This document shows positions 26,425-36,965 of a stretch of 64,000 nt of DNA, in pieces. The DNA is from Thermoleophilia bacterium (lineage in GTDB: Bacteria > Actinomycetota > Thermoleophilia > BMS3ABIN01). The notes under the pieces are model-generated. The model did no database searches. It had not been told where the DNA came from and saw nothing but the letters and a program-made list of their open reading frames with translations. Made by a program: the position numbers and the translations under genes. Position 1 is the stretch's first letter. The number at the start of each line of letters is the position of its first letter. The DNA lies in NCBI GenBank assembly GCA_041658605.1, contig JBAZZU010000003.1:23354-87353 (forward strand). Direction: 5' to 3'.

Positions 26425-28026
26425 ATGAACCCTCAGACTCTCCTCCTCGCCTTGACGATGGCCTATTCGTTCTCCGCTGACGGCTCCGTCTCGATGAACA
26501 AAGCCGTCACATCCAGCACGATCGCCAGCGCGGTCCCCGAGTCGCTGGAAATGCAGGCCGCCATCGCGACCTGGAGCGACCGAACCCCGGGCGTCAACAC
26601 CCTGCTCAAGCTCATCCCGCGCGCCGTCGCCACGAAGCAGGAGCACAAGTACGTCAGCCTCGACTCCTGGGGCGACGTGGCCCACCAGACCGGCATGGGC
26701 ACCGAGACCGGCACCCCCGCGAGCCTCCAGTTCTCCTCGACCACCCCGGTTGTGTGGCTCCAGATCTGCAACCAGGCGACCGACGTCTACTTCATGGCCG
26801 AGCTCCAGAAGATGGTCGGCATTGAAGGGACCGTGGATCCCGTCGTCGTCGCCACCAACGCCACCCTCAAGCGTGAAGCGTGGCTCACCAACCGCAACAT
26901 GTACCTGCTCGACACCAGTAAGAGCCGCGCAGGCGTCGGCGCCGCCGGTCGCGTCTACAAGGGCGTCCTTCAGCAGGTTCGCGAGGGCACCGACGGCACC
27001 ACGGGTTCCTCGACCTTCGGCTCGCACGAGATCGACCTTCGTGGCGCGGACATCACCTCCGATAACATCCGCACCCAGATCGCCCACATCCTGGAGTACT
27101 ACGGCATGGCCAACGTGCTCCTGATGCCGCCCACCCCGCGAGGCAACCTGGAAAGCTCCCTCGAAGGCGCCAACCGCATCACCATGGGCGGCGTGGACAT
27201 TCGAACCCACCTTCTGGGCAACTCGATCGCCGGCCTCCAGAGCCAGGGCAACGTCATGTGGTTCGCCACCGAGCTCGCGCTCAGCGCGAAGAACTCGAAG
27301 CCCCGATACACCGCGCCTCCCGCCGGCTGGGCAACCACCACGGTCCCGACCGTCGTGTCTGCCGTGGTCGCTGGTGGAACCTCGGGCAACGCCTCGCTGT
27401 GGGGCGCCTCGGACGATGGCAACATCTACCACGTCGTCACCGAGGTTGTCAACGAGCTCGAAGGCGCGGGAACCCGTGAGCCTGCCGGCGCCGCCTACAA
27501 CGCGGTCGCAGTCGGGCAGGAAGTCCGCCTGACCCTCACCCCGGGTTCCGTGGATGCCGATCGCCTCCGCGTCTACCGTGGCCACGATACCGACGTGAGC
27601 CCCGGCGGCACCGCTGGCGCCGTGACTGAGGCTTGGTTCCTCTTCGAGGTGGCCGCGAACGGCGCGGTTCCCGTCGTGACCTACGACTACAACCAGAGCC
27701 TGCCCCGCACCGCCTGGGCCGTCGCGCTCGACATCCAGAGCCCGGTCGCCGACGCCATGTTCAACCCGAGAGGCAACTCCCTGGGCGCCAACTATGCCGA
27801 CGCCAACGACGCCGCGATCTCGCAGATCGGCTACCGCGACAACGGTATGACCTCGAACGTGAGCTTCGCGCAGCTCGGGCCCGCTCCCATGCGCCTCCAG
27901 CTCGCCCCCGTGGCCCTGACCGCCCCGATGGGCCGCCCCGTGATCCTCCGCGTCGGCGCCCCCGTCGTGCGGATCCCGCAGCGCTGCTTCACCTTCAAGA
28001 ACGTTCGTGACGTGGTTTACAACTAG
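26425..28026 (+). CDS. Major capsid protein (HK97-fold candidate)
   Basis: 533-aa protein after protease and scaffold. AAGGA RBS. Strong terminator downstream. Confidence 0.55.
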   Translation: MNPQTLLLALTMAYSFSADGSVSMNKAVTSSTIASAVPESLEMQAAIATWSDRTPGVNTLLKLIPRAVATKQEHKYVSLDSWGDVAHQTGMGTETGTPASLQFSSTTPVVWLQICNQATDVYFMAELQKMVGIEGTVDPVVVATNATLKREAWLTNRNMYLLDTSKSRAGVGAAGRVYKGVLQQVREGTDGTTGSSTFGSHEIDLRGADITSDNIRTQIAHILEYYGMANVLLMPPTPRGNLESSLEGANRITMGGVDIRTHLLGNSIAGLQSQGNVMWFATELALSAKNSKPRYTAPPAGWATTTVPTVVSAVVAGGTSGNASLWGASDDGNIYHVVTEVVNELEGAGTREPAGAAYNAVAVGQEVRLTLTPGSVDADRLRVYRGHDTDVSPGGTAGAVTEAWFLFEVAANGAVPVVTYDYNQSLPRTAWAVALDIQSPVADAMFNPRGNSLGANYADANDAAISQIGYRDNGMTSNVSFAQLGPAPMRLQLAPVALTAPMGRPVILRVGAPVVRIPQRCFTFKNVRDVVYN

Positions 28027-28045
28027 TCGCGGCTTCGAGGTATAA

Positions 28046-28073
28046 GGGGATCGCTCTGCGGTCCCTTTTTTCT
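28046..28073 (+). terminator. Rho-independent terminator after major capsid gene
   Basis: GGGGATCGC-TCT-GCGGTCCC hairpin followed by TTTTTTCTT. Confidence 0.5.
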
Positions 28074-28083
28074 TGGAGTTTGC

Positions 28084-28851
28084 ATGATTGCCATTGAGTA
28101 CATTTCGCCGATTTCGATCCGGATCAATGGAATCACCGTCGATTTTCGCGCCCATGATTTCAGGGGCCGCTCCCGGTTTATGGCCTTTGTCGCCGAAGAC
28201 ATGCCGATCGGGTTCTTCAAATCGAAGGGCTACACGATCCACGGCATCGTCGCGGATCCTCCTGTTCCGACGCTCAAGGCCCCTCCGCTGGCGTCCGGCG
28301 CGATCTACTCCCTCCCGGAAACGCTGGCGCACGCCTTCCTCCGAGGATGGACCCTGGAAGACCTCTGGGGCGCTGGCAAGGGCGGCAAGTGGAATGACGA
28401 GGGCGGGCGCGGAACTTGCGGCCTGACGGTTGTGGAGTGCGCTCTGGCGTCCCCTCCGAAGGGTTGGGTTCCTGGTTGCGGCGCGAAGCCCTGGGAGATG
28501 GCTGGGTGGATCGCACCTGCGCAGACCTGGGCGCCGCCTGTCGTCGTCGAACCTGTTGTGGAGGCTGAGCCCGAAGTGGTGGCCGAGGAACCTGCCGAAG
28601 AGCCCCAGGCGGAACCAGAAGTGGAGCCAGAAGTGGAACCCGTGAAGGAGAAGATCCCCGAGTCCTGGACCGCTGATGAGTGGGAGCGGATGGCCTCGGC
28701 GATCCGCGAGGTCCACAAATCCGACGATCCCCCCAAGCGTGGGCGCCTGGAATGGCTCTGGAAGAACAAGGCCACCGATGACAAGCGGCGCAAGATGCCG
28801 GCGCTCTCGGACGATGACCTGAACCTGCTTCTCGGCCGGGCCTTCGCGTGA
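28084..28851 (+). CDS. Hypothetical protein with Pro/Glu-rich linker
   Basis: GGAG RBS. PEVVAEEPAEEPQAEPEVEPEVEP low-complexity linker. Confidence 0.4.
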   Translation: MIAIEYISPISIRINGITVDFRAHDFRGRSRFMAFVAEDMPIGFFKSKGYTIHGIVADPPVPTLKAPPLASGAIYSLPETLAHAFLRGWTLEDLWGAGKGGKWNDEGGRGTCGLTVVECALASPPKGWVPGCGAKPWEMAGWIAPAQTWAPPVVVEPVVEAEPEVVAEEPAEEPQAEPEVEPEVEPVKEKIPESWTADEWERMASAIREVHKSDDPPKRGRLEWLWKNKATDDKRRKMPALSDDDLNLLLGRAFA

Positions 28852-29753
28852 CACTTGAGCGCACCCTTGGCCTGACGTGCCCCATCCCGGAGGCCATCGA
28901 CGCTCAGCTTTGGTTGGACCGGTTCGCGTGGCCCCTCCTGGAATCGGTTGGCGCGTCTCGGTCCAAAAGTGTCTTCGAGAACACCGATCCCGTGGTCCGG
29001 GCGAAACTGCTGGACGCGGTACGCTGGCAACTTCGGGCCGTGCTGTCCGAGGCCGAGATCAAACTCGGCGTGCCCATGGGCATCCGCGTGGTCAAGTCCG
29101 ATCCTGTGGACTCCGGTCTTCGGCAGGGCATCGACTATGACGAGCGGATCGGGAGAACCCCCTTCTATCCCGAGCAATGCCGGGATGAGTACTACCCGCT
29201 CGAACTCCCGTCAGGCACGATATCGATCGAACGGGTCCGCCTGTACTACCTTCGGAACCTCGTCTATGAGTTTTCCCCTGCCATGGGCAACGAAGACGCG
29301 ATCCGGCTGGCCAACATGCGGACGGGCGCGGCGAACCTGATCCCTCAAGGTGCGCCGTATCTGCTCACGTCCACCGCGTGGCTCCCGATGATGCTCCCTT
29401 CCTTCTCACTTGGGAGGACCACCCCGGACGCCTGGGCCATCGACTACACCCTGGGCCCGGTCACTGTCACCGGGGAGATCGGGCGGATTGAACTCGTGGT
29501 GGTGAACTGGTGCTATGCCGCTGCGGCTAAGATGATCTTCGCCCAGGCCGGCCTTGCCCGTAGCCAGGGGCTTACCAACGCCTCCCTTTCCTTTGACGGG
29601 TTCTCCAAGTCGATCGGTCTGTCGTCGGGCGCAAACACCGGGCTTTATTCGGCGATCGAGAAGTCCTGCCAGGACCTGATGGATCGGATCGATTGGCGCG
29701 CTTTGCGGTCCATGAAGCGAGGGGGCCCGAGGATTCTTCCTTATGGCTCGTGA
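28848..29753 (+). CDS. Head-tail joining / head completion candidate
   Basis: Position between MCP and sheath. Overlapping start/stop with neighbours. Confidence 0.35.
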   Translation: MTLERTLGLTCPIPEAIDAQLWLDRFAWPLLESVGASRSKSVFENTDPVVRAKLLDAVRWQLRAVLSEAEIKLGVPMGIRVVKSDPVDSGLRQGIDYDERIGRTPFYPEQCRDEYYPLELPSGTISIERVRLYYLRNLVYEFSPAMGNEDAIRLANMRTGAANLIPQGAPYLLTSTAWLPMMLPSFSLGRTTPDAWAIDYTLGPVTVTGEIGRIELVVVNWCYAAAAKMIFAQAGLARSQGLTNASLSFDGFSKSIGLSSGANTGLYSAIEKSCQDLMDRIDWRALRSMKRGGPRILPYGS

Positions 29754-30516
29754 ACCGTTCTTCTTCGGCGTTCATGCCGACGACTTCCCGGCTCTGCACT
29801 TCGATTCGATCGAGTACGATCACGCGATTGAGGAGCACGGGCAGAACATCGAACTCCGGCGCGCGGTTCTGTGTCCTTGCGCCCGAATCGAGGATCACCG
29901 GCCACGGGGAACCTGCACGACGTGTAAGGGCCTCGGACTGGTCTACCCGGAAACGATGCGAGAAGAGACCCGGGTGCTTCTGTCAACCCGTGCCCCTCGG
30001 AAGACTCCGGAGGGCGCCACGGTCTACGTCGTGGGCACCATTTGGGCTTCTTTTCGGCTCGGGTACGTCCCTGGTGACGGGGATCTGATTCTACCCGAGG
30101 AGGAAGAGCACGTCGTCCACCAGACCATCTTCCGTGAGTCGCTACAGGTCACCACGGGGGCGGCATGGGCCCGAGCTACCGCACACGATCAGGTGCCGCC
30201 CGTCCTTCGACCCGCGCAGGATCGGCTTCTGTACCCAGATCCTACGACGATCGAAGCCGTGCTCTGGAAGAACGGCGATACCCTGATCACTGCCGGCGCT
30301 CTCGATTACTCGATCGTCGGTGATCGTATCGTGTGGAGCGGCGCAAGGTCTCCGGCTCCGGGCGTGGCCTACACGATCCGATATCGGGCGAAAGCGGCCT
30401 ATCAGTTGCAGCCGTCAGAACCTCTCTACCGGATGGAGGCAGATTCCGGGCTCCCCTACCGCTGCCAGGCCGTGCGCCTCGACCGCGTTGGATGGCCTGA
30501 TGTTCGGGATGTTTGA
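29743..30516 (+). CDS. Hypothetical virion protein
   Basis: Operon context only. Confidence 0.35.
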   Translation: MAREPFFFGVHADDFPALHFDSIEYDHAIEEHGQNIELRRAVLCPCARIEDHRPRGTCTTCKGLGLVYPETMREETRVLLSTRAPRKTPEGATVYVVGTIWASFRLGYVPGDGDLILPEEEEHVVHQTIFRESLQVTTGAAWARATAHDQVPPVLRPAQDRLLYPDPTTIEAVLWKNGDTLITAGALDYSIVGDRIVWSGARSPAPGVAYTIRYRAKAAYQLQPSEPLYRMEADSGLPYRCQAVRLDRVGWPDVRDV

Positions 30517-31424
30517 TGAAACTGGAGATCCCCCGGCTGACGTTCAACGTGGAGTTGTCCTCGTTCCAGGGCCTTGAGCGGATCGGTCTGGAGCAGGTAG
30601 GCGCGGCTCTTGAGTCGGCGACGTGGCGCACCGCTCAATGGATGAGGAACCAGTGGGCAGACCAGGCGCAGCGGATGGGCGTTCATGACACGGGCGCCTA
30701 TCTCCGAGGAATACGAGAAGATGGCATGATCGTGCCGGTTTCGTCGAACCTAGCGGATCCGTCGGCCGCTATGTTTGCCGTCGTGCTCGACGTGGTGAAC
30801 ACCGCGAAGCACGCGCAGGCGGTGGAGGAGGGGTCCATGGCCTTCCATATGCCCGATCGCGTGGATTGGGCCCGATCGGGTCGGGTCAAGGTCTCCAAAA
30901 AGGGCGTTCCTTACATCCATGTCCCGTTTCGGCACTACACGCACGCGGCGAGCGGGTCAACGGCTACCGCCCTGCGCTCGATGATGACGAAGGAGATCAC
31001 AGCGGAGGCCAAGACGCTCGACCGTCGGTTGGCCCTTGGCGCTGGGTTCCAGCATACGCCAGAGGGCCAGTTCGTAGCCGTTGACAAGTACCGCTGGGCG
31101 GGCCTGTCGGACAAGAAGAGGATCACGAGGCCCGGGGCAAGTGTCGGCGATCCGGAGTGGCGTGGAGCGAAGCACGTCGCGTTCGGGATGGTCAACCCCG
31201 CGTGGAAGTCGTCGAAGTACGAAGGGCTCATGAAGACGGACCCGGAAAAGCATACCAACTACATGACGATCCGCACGATGACTCGGGACTCTCCAGGGTG
31301 GAACATCCCGGCAAAGGCCGGCAAGTGGGTTGCCCGGACTACTGCGCAGATCACAGAGTCCTCCGATGAGGTAAAGAAGACCTTTGAAACGGCTTTCGCA
31401 AAGGCGATATTGAAGGTGCTATGA
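30513..31424 (+). CDS. Hypothetical virion protein
   Basis: Operon context. ATGA overlap. Confidence 0.35.
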   Translation: MMKLEIPRLTFNVELSSFQGLERIGLEQVGAALESATWRTAQWMRNQWADQAQRMGVHDTGAYLRGIREDGMIVPVSSNLADPSAAMFAVVLDVVNTAKHAQAVEEGSMAFHMPDRVDWARSGRVKVSKKGVPYIHVPFRHYTHAASGSTATALRSMMTKEITAEAKTLDRRLALGAGFQHTPEGQFVAVDKYRWAGLSDKKRITRPGASVGDPEWRGAKHVAFGMVNPAWKSSKYEGLMKTDPEKHTNYMTIRTMTRDSPGWNIPAKAGKWVARTTAQITESSDEVKKTFETAFAKAILKVL

Positions 31425-32131
31425 CGGTTCCCGTTCTTCCCAACAGCGCCAACTTCACGGAACTCCGGATCCGCGAGATCCTTCTTCGAGGCATCGTTGA
31501 CCTGGCCTCCGATGAAGAGCGGCTCAACCTCCTTTTCCGCAGGGTGGACGGTCTGCCGCAGGGCACCCAAGAGACCTGGGCCGAAGACCTGAAAACGCTC
31601 TTGAAACTTTCGGTTACGGACCCTGCCGCCAGGATCCGGGTCATCATTGGCTACCCCTGGGATGTCAACTCCCTACCATGCTGGTCGATCGTGAAAGAAG
31701 GGGGCTCGGAGAACGATTCCGAGGCCACCATGGGCGATGAAGCCGGCCTCGTGAACGTCCAGACCGGGCATATCCACGATTCAGACGGCGTTGAATGGCC
31801 CCGGATCGTCGGGTATACGGCTTACGGGATCCCGTGGACATCGAACTTCCAGATCGGGACCTGGGCCACGACTCCGGATGTTTCGATCCTTCTGCACGAA
31901 GCCGCGATCGAGATTCTGGACATCGCCCGGGGGGAGCTCGATACCTCTGGCGTCCAGTCCATCTCCCTCTCCGAGCCGGGTGGGATGATCCCGAACCCGG
32001 AACAGCATCCCTCCCTTGGCGTGGGGTATATCCCGCTCGTTCGCGTCTCCTGTAAGTGGACTCGCCTCCGGTTGCAGAAGCGCTCCCCTCGTCCAACACA
32101 CGTCACACGCCGCACCACGACCCTCCTGTAA
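31421..32131 (+). CDS. Hypothetical virion protein (tail completion candidate)
   Basis: Operon context. ATGA overlap. Confidence 0.35.
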   Translation: MTVPVLPNSANFTELRIREILLRGIVDLASDEERLNLLFRRVDGLPQGTQETWAEDLKTLLKLSVTDPAARIRVIIGYPWDVNSLPCWSIVKEGGSENDSEATMGDEAGLVNVQTGHIHDSDGVEWPRIVGYTAYGIPWTSNFQIGTWATTPDVSILLHEAAIEILDIARGELDTSGVQSISLSEPGGMIPNPEQHPSLGVGYIPLVRVSCKWTRLRLQKRSPRPTHVTRRTTTLL

Positions 32132-32143
32132 GGAGCGCTCTCC

Positions 32144-33937
32144 ATGTTCATCACGTTCAACGGCGAAAAAGTCTACATTCCTGGAGCGTACTCCTCGACC
32201 GAGATCGTTTCGACGCTCGAAGGCCCCACGGCTTCGTTCCAGGTCCCCATGCTCATGGGCGCGGCGGACTACGGGATCCCCTACCATTTCCCGGAGATCA
32301 AGTTCTCCGACGAGCCCGCGCAGAACCCCTGGATCATGTGCGGCGATTTGACCACGCTCAAGCGGTTCTTCAACCGAGATTCCGAGATTGCGACGGCATA
32401 CGAGACGGCGGCACTTCACGGGCTCCCCTACTCCTACGTCGCCTGCATGTCGAAACTCACGCGCGAAACCGTGGTCGCCACCTCCGGCGCTGGTCCCGTG
32501 GTCAACGAGCAGACGATCTACTCTCGCCTTGCTGGTGCTCCGGGTGGGTTCCATAAGATCAGTTACACCGCTGCGCACGTCTTCACAGTCATCCCGGTCA
32601 AGGACTTCTCGATGCTCACCGCCAACGCGGCGGGCGCTGCGACCAGGGTCTACGTCAAGAGCAACTCCTGGGTCACAGATGGCATGACTCTCACGATCGG
32701 CGGAAACGCCATCGTCGCGGAAACGAAGGTGGTAGCCACGCCCGGAACAGGTGAGGAACTCTCTTCGACCGGTCAGAAACTCTACTGGATCGAGTTCACC
32801 ACGGGGCTCGCGAACCCGATGACCACGGCGGCTTACAGCCTCGTGTGCTCCCATGACGCTCCGATCGTCGGCTCCGCACTCACCACGGGTCAGAAACTCT
32901 ACGATTGGCTCAACACCGATCCGGCCGCGAAGCTCGTCCTGGGCTCCAAAAAAGAGTCCACCTACACGGGCACCCGGCCCACCACGATCGCGGCGGCTAC
33001 CTTGATGAAGGAGATCGCGACCTGGGGCGCCAACACCGCTGGGACCTCGCCGAAGCCCGCACTCACGGACTTCACCGACTTCATCACGGACATGGACGCC
33101 TCGGCCTGGGATGACTTCATTCAGGTCTATGACGACGTGCCCCGGCTTTTCTACGTCGTGGACCCCACGAACACGGTTCATGAGGCCATGCGCAACTGGG
33201 CGATTGCCAAGCGGTCCTCGACGACTCCGGGCGACTATTCGATCAAGGTCCTTACCGGGTGCGCCTGGGGCGATGTCGTTGTCGCCTCGGGGACCACGAC
33301 TTCGCCGACCTTTCGAGCGCAGGCCATCGACAATCAGGATGTTGTCCTGGTTGCCAACGGCTTCAACTGGCAGGCCGCATACCTTTCCCACGCGGCGGCC
33401 GTTTTCGGGATGATCGTCGCGGGCGGCGTGAACCACAACCTGACCCAGGACCGATATGTCGGCATCATGGCGTGGGAAGCGAAGTGGAACGAGCGGGCGC
33501 TCGGCGAACTCACCACGCTGCACAAGTACGGGGTTCTCACGAACCGGCTCGCGGTAGACAACTCTGGATCCTACTGGGTCGTTTCGCAGGGGCTTTCGAC
33601 GCTCCAGGCGAACTCGGTCTCCTGGAACCCTGACGCGACGACTCCGCTGATTCAGCAGCGCGACCTCCAGGACTTCGTGAAGCGGGATCTCGACTTTGTT
33701 CTCGTGCGGTCGCAACTCGGCCAGGACGAAACCGATCGCAACTCGATCACCTCGGCGCTGGTCGCTCGGGCAACCGGCTACCACTACGACAACGGGTTCA
33801 TCGAGGATGGCACCTACAAGATCACTTCTACCGCGCTTGACCCCTCCGGCGCTGGCTGGGTTGTCGGCGACACCTATCGCCTGCCCACCACGGTAGACTG
33901 GATCACGACTGTTCACCGCGTCCTCGTGGGCGAGTAA
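32144..33937 (+). CDS. Tail sheath protein candidate
   Basis: 597-aa protein immediately upstream of tube, G/GT chaperones and tape measure (canonical contractile-tail order). Confidence 0.45.
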   Translation: MFITFNGEKVYIPGAYSSTEIVSTLEGPTASFQVPMLMGAADYGIPYHFPEIKFSDEPAQNPWIMCGDLTTLKRFFNRDSEIATAYETAALHGLPYSYVACMSKLTRETVVATSGAGPVVNEQTIYSRLAGAPGGFHKISYTAAHVFTVIPVKDFSMLTANAAGAATRVYVKSNSWVTDGMTLTIGGNAIVAETKVVATPGTGEELSSTGQKLYWIEFTTGLANPMTTAAYSLVCSHDAPIVGSALTTGQKLYDWLNTDPAAKLVLGSKKESTYTGTRPTTIAAATLMKEIATWGANTAGTSPKPALTDFTDFITDMDASAWDDFIQVYDDVPRLFYVVDPTNTVHEAMRNWAIAKRSSTTPGDYSIKVLTGCAWGDVVVASGTTTSPTFRAQAIDNQDVVLVANGFNWQAAYLSHAAAVFGMIVAGGVNHNLTQDRYVGIMAWEAKWNERALGELTTLHKYGVLTNRLAVDNSGSYWVVSQGLSTLQANSVSWNPDATTPLIQQRDLQDFVKRDLDFVLVRSQLGQDETDRNSITSALVARATGYHYDNGFIEDGTYKITSTALDPSGAGWVVGDTYRLPTTVDWITTVHRVLVGE

Positions 33938-33946
33938 GGAGCTTCG

Positions 33947-34435
33947 ATGGGTTACGCTGACTATCAGACTTCGGGCGCGTATGCGGCAAAGCAGGCCGGC
34001 GCCTTCCATTCCGTCGTGCTCCAGAACGAGGCGGACGCCACCGACAAGTTGGTCGGCGCCACCACGGGGATCTCCTGGAACGAGGACTATGAAGGGATCC
34101 CGGTGGAAGAGATGGGCAACGATGGCGTCGACGAGCATGTTGACGGTCGCATGACCGTCTCAGGCTCCTTCACCATGAACGCCTCCTCACAGCGCCTCGA
34201 CGCCATGCCGACGCGCCAGGACTTCATCGGCAAGCGCTACACGATCACGCAGCAAGTCGCAAAGTCGGCGGACTCGACGGCGATCGGGACCGTGGTCTGG
34301 GTCTGTACCAAGTGCAAGATCACCGGGATTTCCGGGCAGAACGCGGCGCGCGGGATTCAGACGCTTTCGGTGAACTTCGTCGGTTCGCGGCGCTACTCCG
34401 GCGCGGAATGGGCCGACCTGACTGGGGCGATGTAG
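33947..34435 (+). CDS. Tail tube protein candidate
   Basis: 162-aa protein between sheath candidate and chaperones. Confidence 0.45.
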   Translation: MGYADYQTSGAYAAKQAGAFHSVVLQNEADATDKLVGATTGISWNEDYEGIPVEEMGNDGVDEHVDGRMTVSGSFTMNASSQRLDAMPTRQDFIGKRYTITQQVAKSADSTAIGTVVWVCTKCKITGISGQNAARGIQTLSVNFVGSRRYSGAEWADLTGAM

Positions 34436-34945
34436 ATGAAGCGCGCCACCGTTTCGTTCCAGGCGCAAGTCCGGGATCTCTGGGTTCTCCCCGATGGGTC
34501 CCTTGGCCCCAAGGAGCAGGCGGCTACCTTCACCATGCACCGGTCCCCTACCGGCCTGGAACGGCTCAAGATCACCCGTCGAACCCACTCCATCCTCGGC
34601 GAGGGCAACGAAGCCGCTGGGCATTTGGAACTCGCGGCGCTCAAGATGGCGATTCAAGAGCAGGCTCGGATCGTGCGCGAGGAGATCGGCGAAGTTGAAG
34701 ACGTTGAGAAGGCCTGGGAAACCCACGAAAGCGAAGCCGCGATCATGTATGCGGACCTATCTGAGCAGGCGGGCGACCTTTACGCAATGGCCCGGTGGGA
34801 ACTCCTGGCCGTGGACGTACCCGAGCGATTCCGGAACCTCGCAGAATCCGACATCGAAGAGCGGGTCGTGATGGCGCTCCGGGTCGCCTGGTGGAAAGCC
34901 GAGGATCCGACTCGCGCGGGAAAAGAGCAGCCCTCCGAGTCCTGA
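34436..34945 (+). CDS. Tail assembly chaperone G
   Basis: Upstream of tape measure. Contains slippery heptamer G_GGA_AAA near its 3' end. Confidence 0.55.
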   Translation: MKRATVSFQAQVRDLWVLPDGSLGPKEQAATFTMHRSPTGLERLKITRRTHSILGEGNEAAGHLELAALKMAIQEQARIVREEIGEVEDVEKAWETHESEAAIMYADLSEQAGDLYAMARWELLAVDVPERFRNLAESDIEERVVMALRVAWWKAEDPTRAGKEQPSES

Positions 34946-35289
34946 ACGGGGAGCCCGGAGGGCAGACCGCAGGACACCCGACCGTAACGGACGCGGAGAT
35001 CGAGGCTGATTCCATCTGGACCCTTTGGCGGCTCGCCTATGGAATGCCTCCGAACGACCCACGGTTTCAGGATATCACGGAAGAGGAGGTTCTAACGGAT
35101 CTCCTCGTTCGCCATTTCCACAGGAAGAACGGCGCATCCGAGGAAGAGCGGCTTATCGAGCACCTTCGAGACAACCTATCGGAGTTCGATGCTCTTGAGA
35201 AGTTGGCCGAGAAGATACCGCAAGTGAGGCCTTCGAAGCCAAAAGCGCCGCCCACGATCGCCCGTCGGGGTAAAAAGGTGATGCCATGA
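34436..35289 (+). CDS. Tail assembly chaperone GT (-1 programmed frameshift fusion at 34918..34924)
   Basis: A -1 slip at GGGAAAA joins the frame to ORF 34795..35289 (...GKRAALRVLNGEPGG...). Ends overlapping the tape-measure start. Confidence 0.5.
34918..34924 (+). promoter_or_regulatory. -1 programmed ribosomal frameshift slippery site GGGAAAA
   Basis: X_XXY_YYZ heptamer in frame (G GGA AAA), 7 codons before the G stop. Confidence 0.5.
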
Positions 35290-36965
35290 CCGACGCCAAG
35301 ATCAGAATCACCGGTGAAGCCGACGTTACCCGTATGCGGGCGATGACGGATGAACTGCGCAAGTTGACGGATGGCGTCCGGAACTTCAATCGCGAATCGA
35401 AGACCAGCGGAGGCGGCGCGCCTGCTGGTGGCGATTGGGGCGCCTGGCAGGCGTATCACAAGGCGAATCCGATCCCCTGGGCGCCTGTGTCGGGGATGGC
35501 TGACGAGGAGGCCAGGGACCGCAGGACGGAGCGAGATGAAGAGCGGCGGGTTGCTCGCGAGGAGCGTCAACGATCGTCGAAGGAGAGCCGAGTCGGCGCT
35601 AAGGCGATGGCTGGCGCTCGGGCTGGCTACGGCTACGGTATGGCAGGCCTGGGGCTCCTGGGCCTCGGTGGTGGCGTTGGCGGCGTGATGTCCTGGCTCT
35701 TCCAGTCGGGCGAGGAGCACCTTCAGCAGAGCACGGCCATCAAGGTTCTTGAGCAGAGGTTTGGCTCACTGGCGACCGCAGGCGACCGGGTGAAGTCCTC
35801 GTTCTGGGGCGCCGGGCACTCTCTCGGGTTCGTGAATTCTCAAATGGCCGGGCTTATGGAAGCCCTTGGCGCGCAGACGAACACGGTATCGAAAGAGGAT
35901 TGGCAGCAGTTCGGCGGGTTTGCAAAGCACACTGGGATGGACCCAGGCGCGGCAATGGGATTACTTGGGCATTTGGAACGGTTGACCCCAGGTGGTGTTA
36001 CTGTGGTTGAGTTGGCCGGGCTCAAGCAGCAGGCCAACAAGCAGGGCATGGGTAGGGGGAGGCTCCCGGAGTTTCTTCAAAACTTCATGACCCTTGCTCA
36101 GGAGCAGTTCCAGGACACCGGAAAGTTCGACTTCTCGCCCGCTATGAACGTCTCGGCGATGCCTTCCTCGATGTTTTCGGGTGAGGCAGGGCGCGGCGAG
36201 ATGGGTTTGAGTTTTGTCCAGAACATGAACCAGGCCATGACCGGATCGGACGCGGCGAAAACGTTTCTTCTTCGGTCGATGGGCTACGGTCGCGAAGGTG
36301 GCCCCGACTACATGTCTGCGAAGGAGCGGCTTGAAGCCGGTATCCATGGGGAAGCCGGCGCTCAGAACCTGCTTGCGATGTCCGAGGGTATGCGCGGATG
36401 GGGCAAAGACCGAATCGCGCAGTCCATGGAAAAACTCAACCCGAACATGAAGATGTGGCAGATTCGGGGATTCGTCGAAACTATTTCGGACGACAAGAAA
36501 TATGCGGAGTTCAAGAGGGCGCTTTCCGGGGATCGTACCTTTTCCGATTATGAGGAATACGTAGGCACCTTGAGTGAGGATCAGAGAAAAGCCTTTGAGG
36601 AAGAGGGCTATTTCGGTCTTGGCAAAAAGGCGCTTTCCGAAGGTGAATCGATGGCGGTTACCAAGGAAGCGCAGAAAGCCGAGCAAGGCGACACGATGGC
36701 CGATGTTCTCCGATCGCTGAATCGAACGCTGGAAAACCTGCGCGATTGGATGCAGAGCGCCACCGGGCAGACTTTGGCGAAGTCGGTGGAGAAGATGACT
36801 GATGCTATCGAGGGTTGGTCAGAGAAGTTTGAGAAGTACGCAAAGGGTGGGGAAATAAAGGATGCGCTCAAATACTACCTGGAACCTGATGAAAAACCGC
36901 CACTGAAACCGGGTGAAAGGGGTTACGAGCGGCAGCAAGCAGAACGGGAACGGTACGGCCTATGA
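35286..36965 (+). CDS. Tape measure protein candidate
   Basis: 559-aa Gly/Ala/Met-rich protein after the G/GT pair. Confidence 0.5.
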   Translation: MTDAKIRITGEADVTRMRAMTDELRKLTDGVRNFNRESKTSGGGAPAGGDWGAWQAYHKANPIPWAPVSGMADEEARDRRTERDEERRVAREERQRSSKESRVGAKAMAGARAGYGYGMAGLGLLGLGGGVGGVMSWLFQSGEEHLQQSTAIKVLEQRFGSLATAGDRVKSSFWGAGHSLGFVNSQMAGLMEALGAQTNTVSKEDWQQFGGFAKHTGMDPGAAMGLLGHLERLTPGGVTVVELAGLKQQANKQGMGRGRLPEFLQNFMTLAQEQFQDTGKFDFSPAMNVSAMPSSMFSGEAGRGEMGLSFVQNMNQAMTGSDAAKTFLLRSMGYGREGGPDYMSAKERLEAGIHGEAGAQNLLAMSEGMRGWGKDRIAQSMEKLNPNMKMWQIRGFVETISDDKKYAEFKRALSGDRTFSDYEEYVGTLSEDQRKAFEEEGYFGLGKKALSEGESMAVTKEAQKAEQGDTMADVLRSLNRTLENLRDWMQSATGQTLAKSVEKMTDAIEGWSEKFEKYAKGGEIKDALKYYLEPDEKPPLKPGERGYERQQAERERYGL

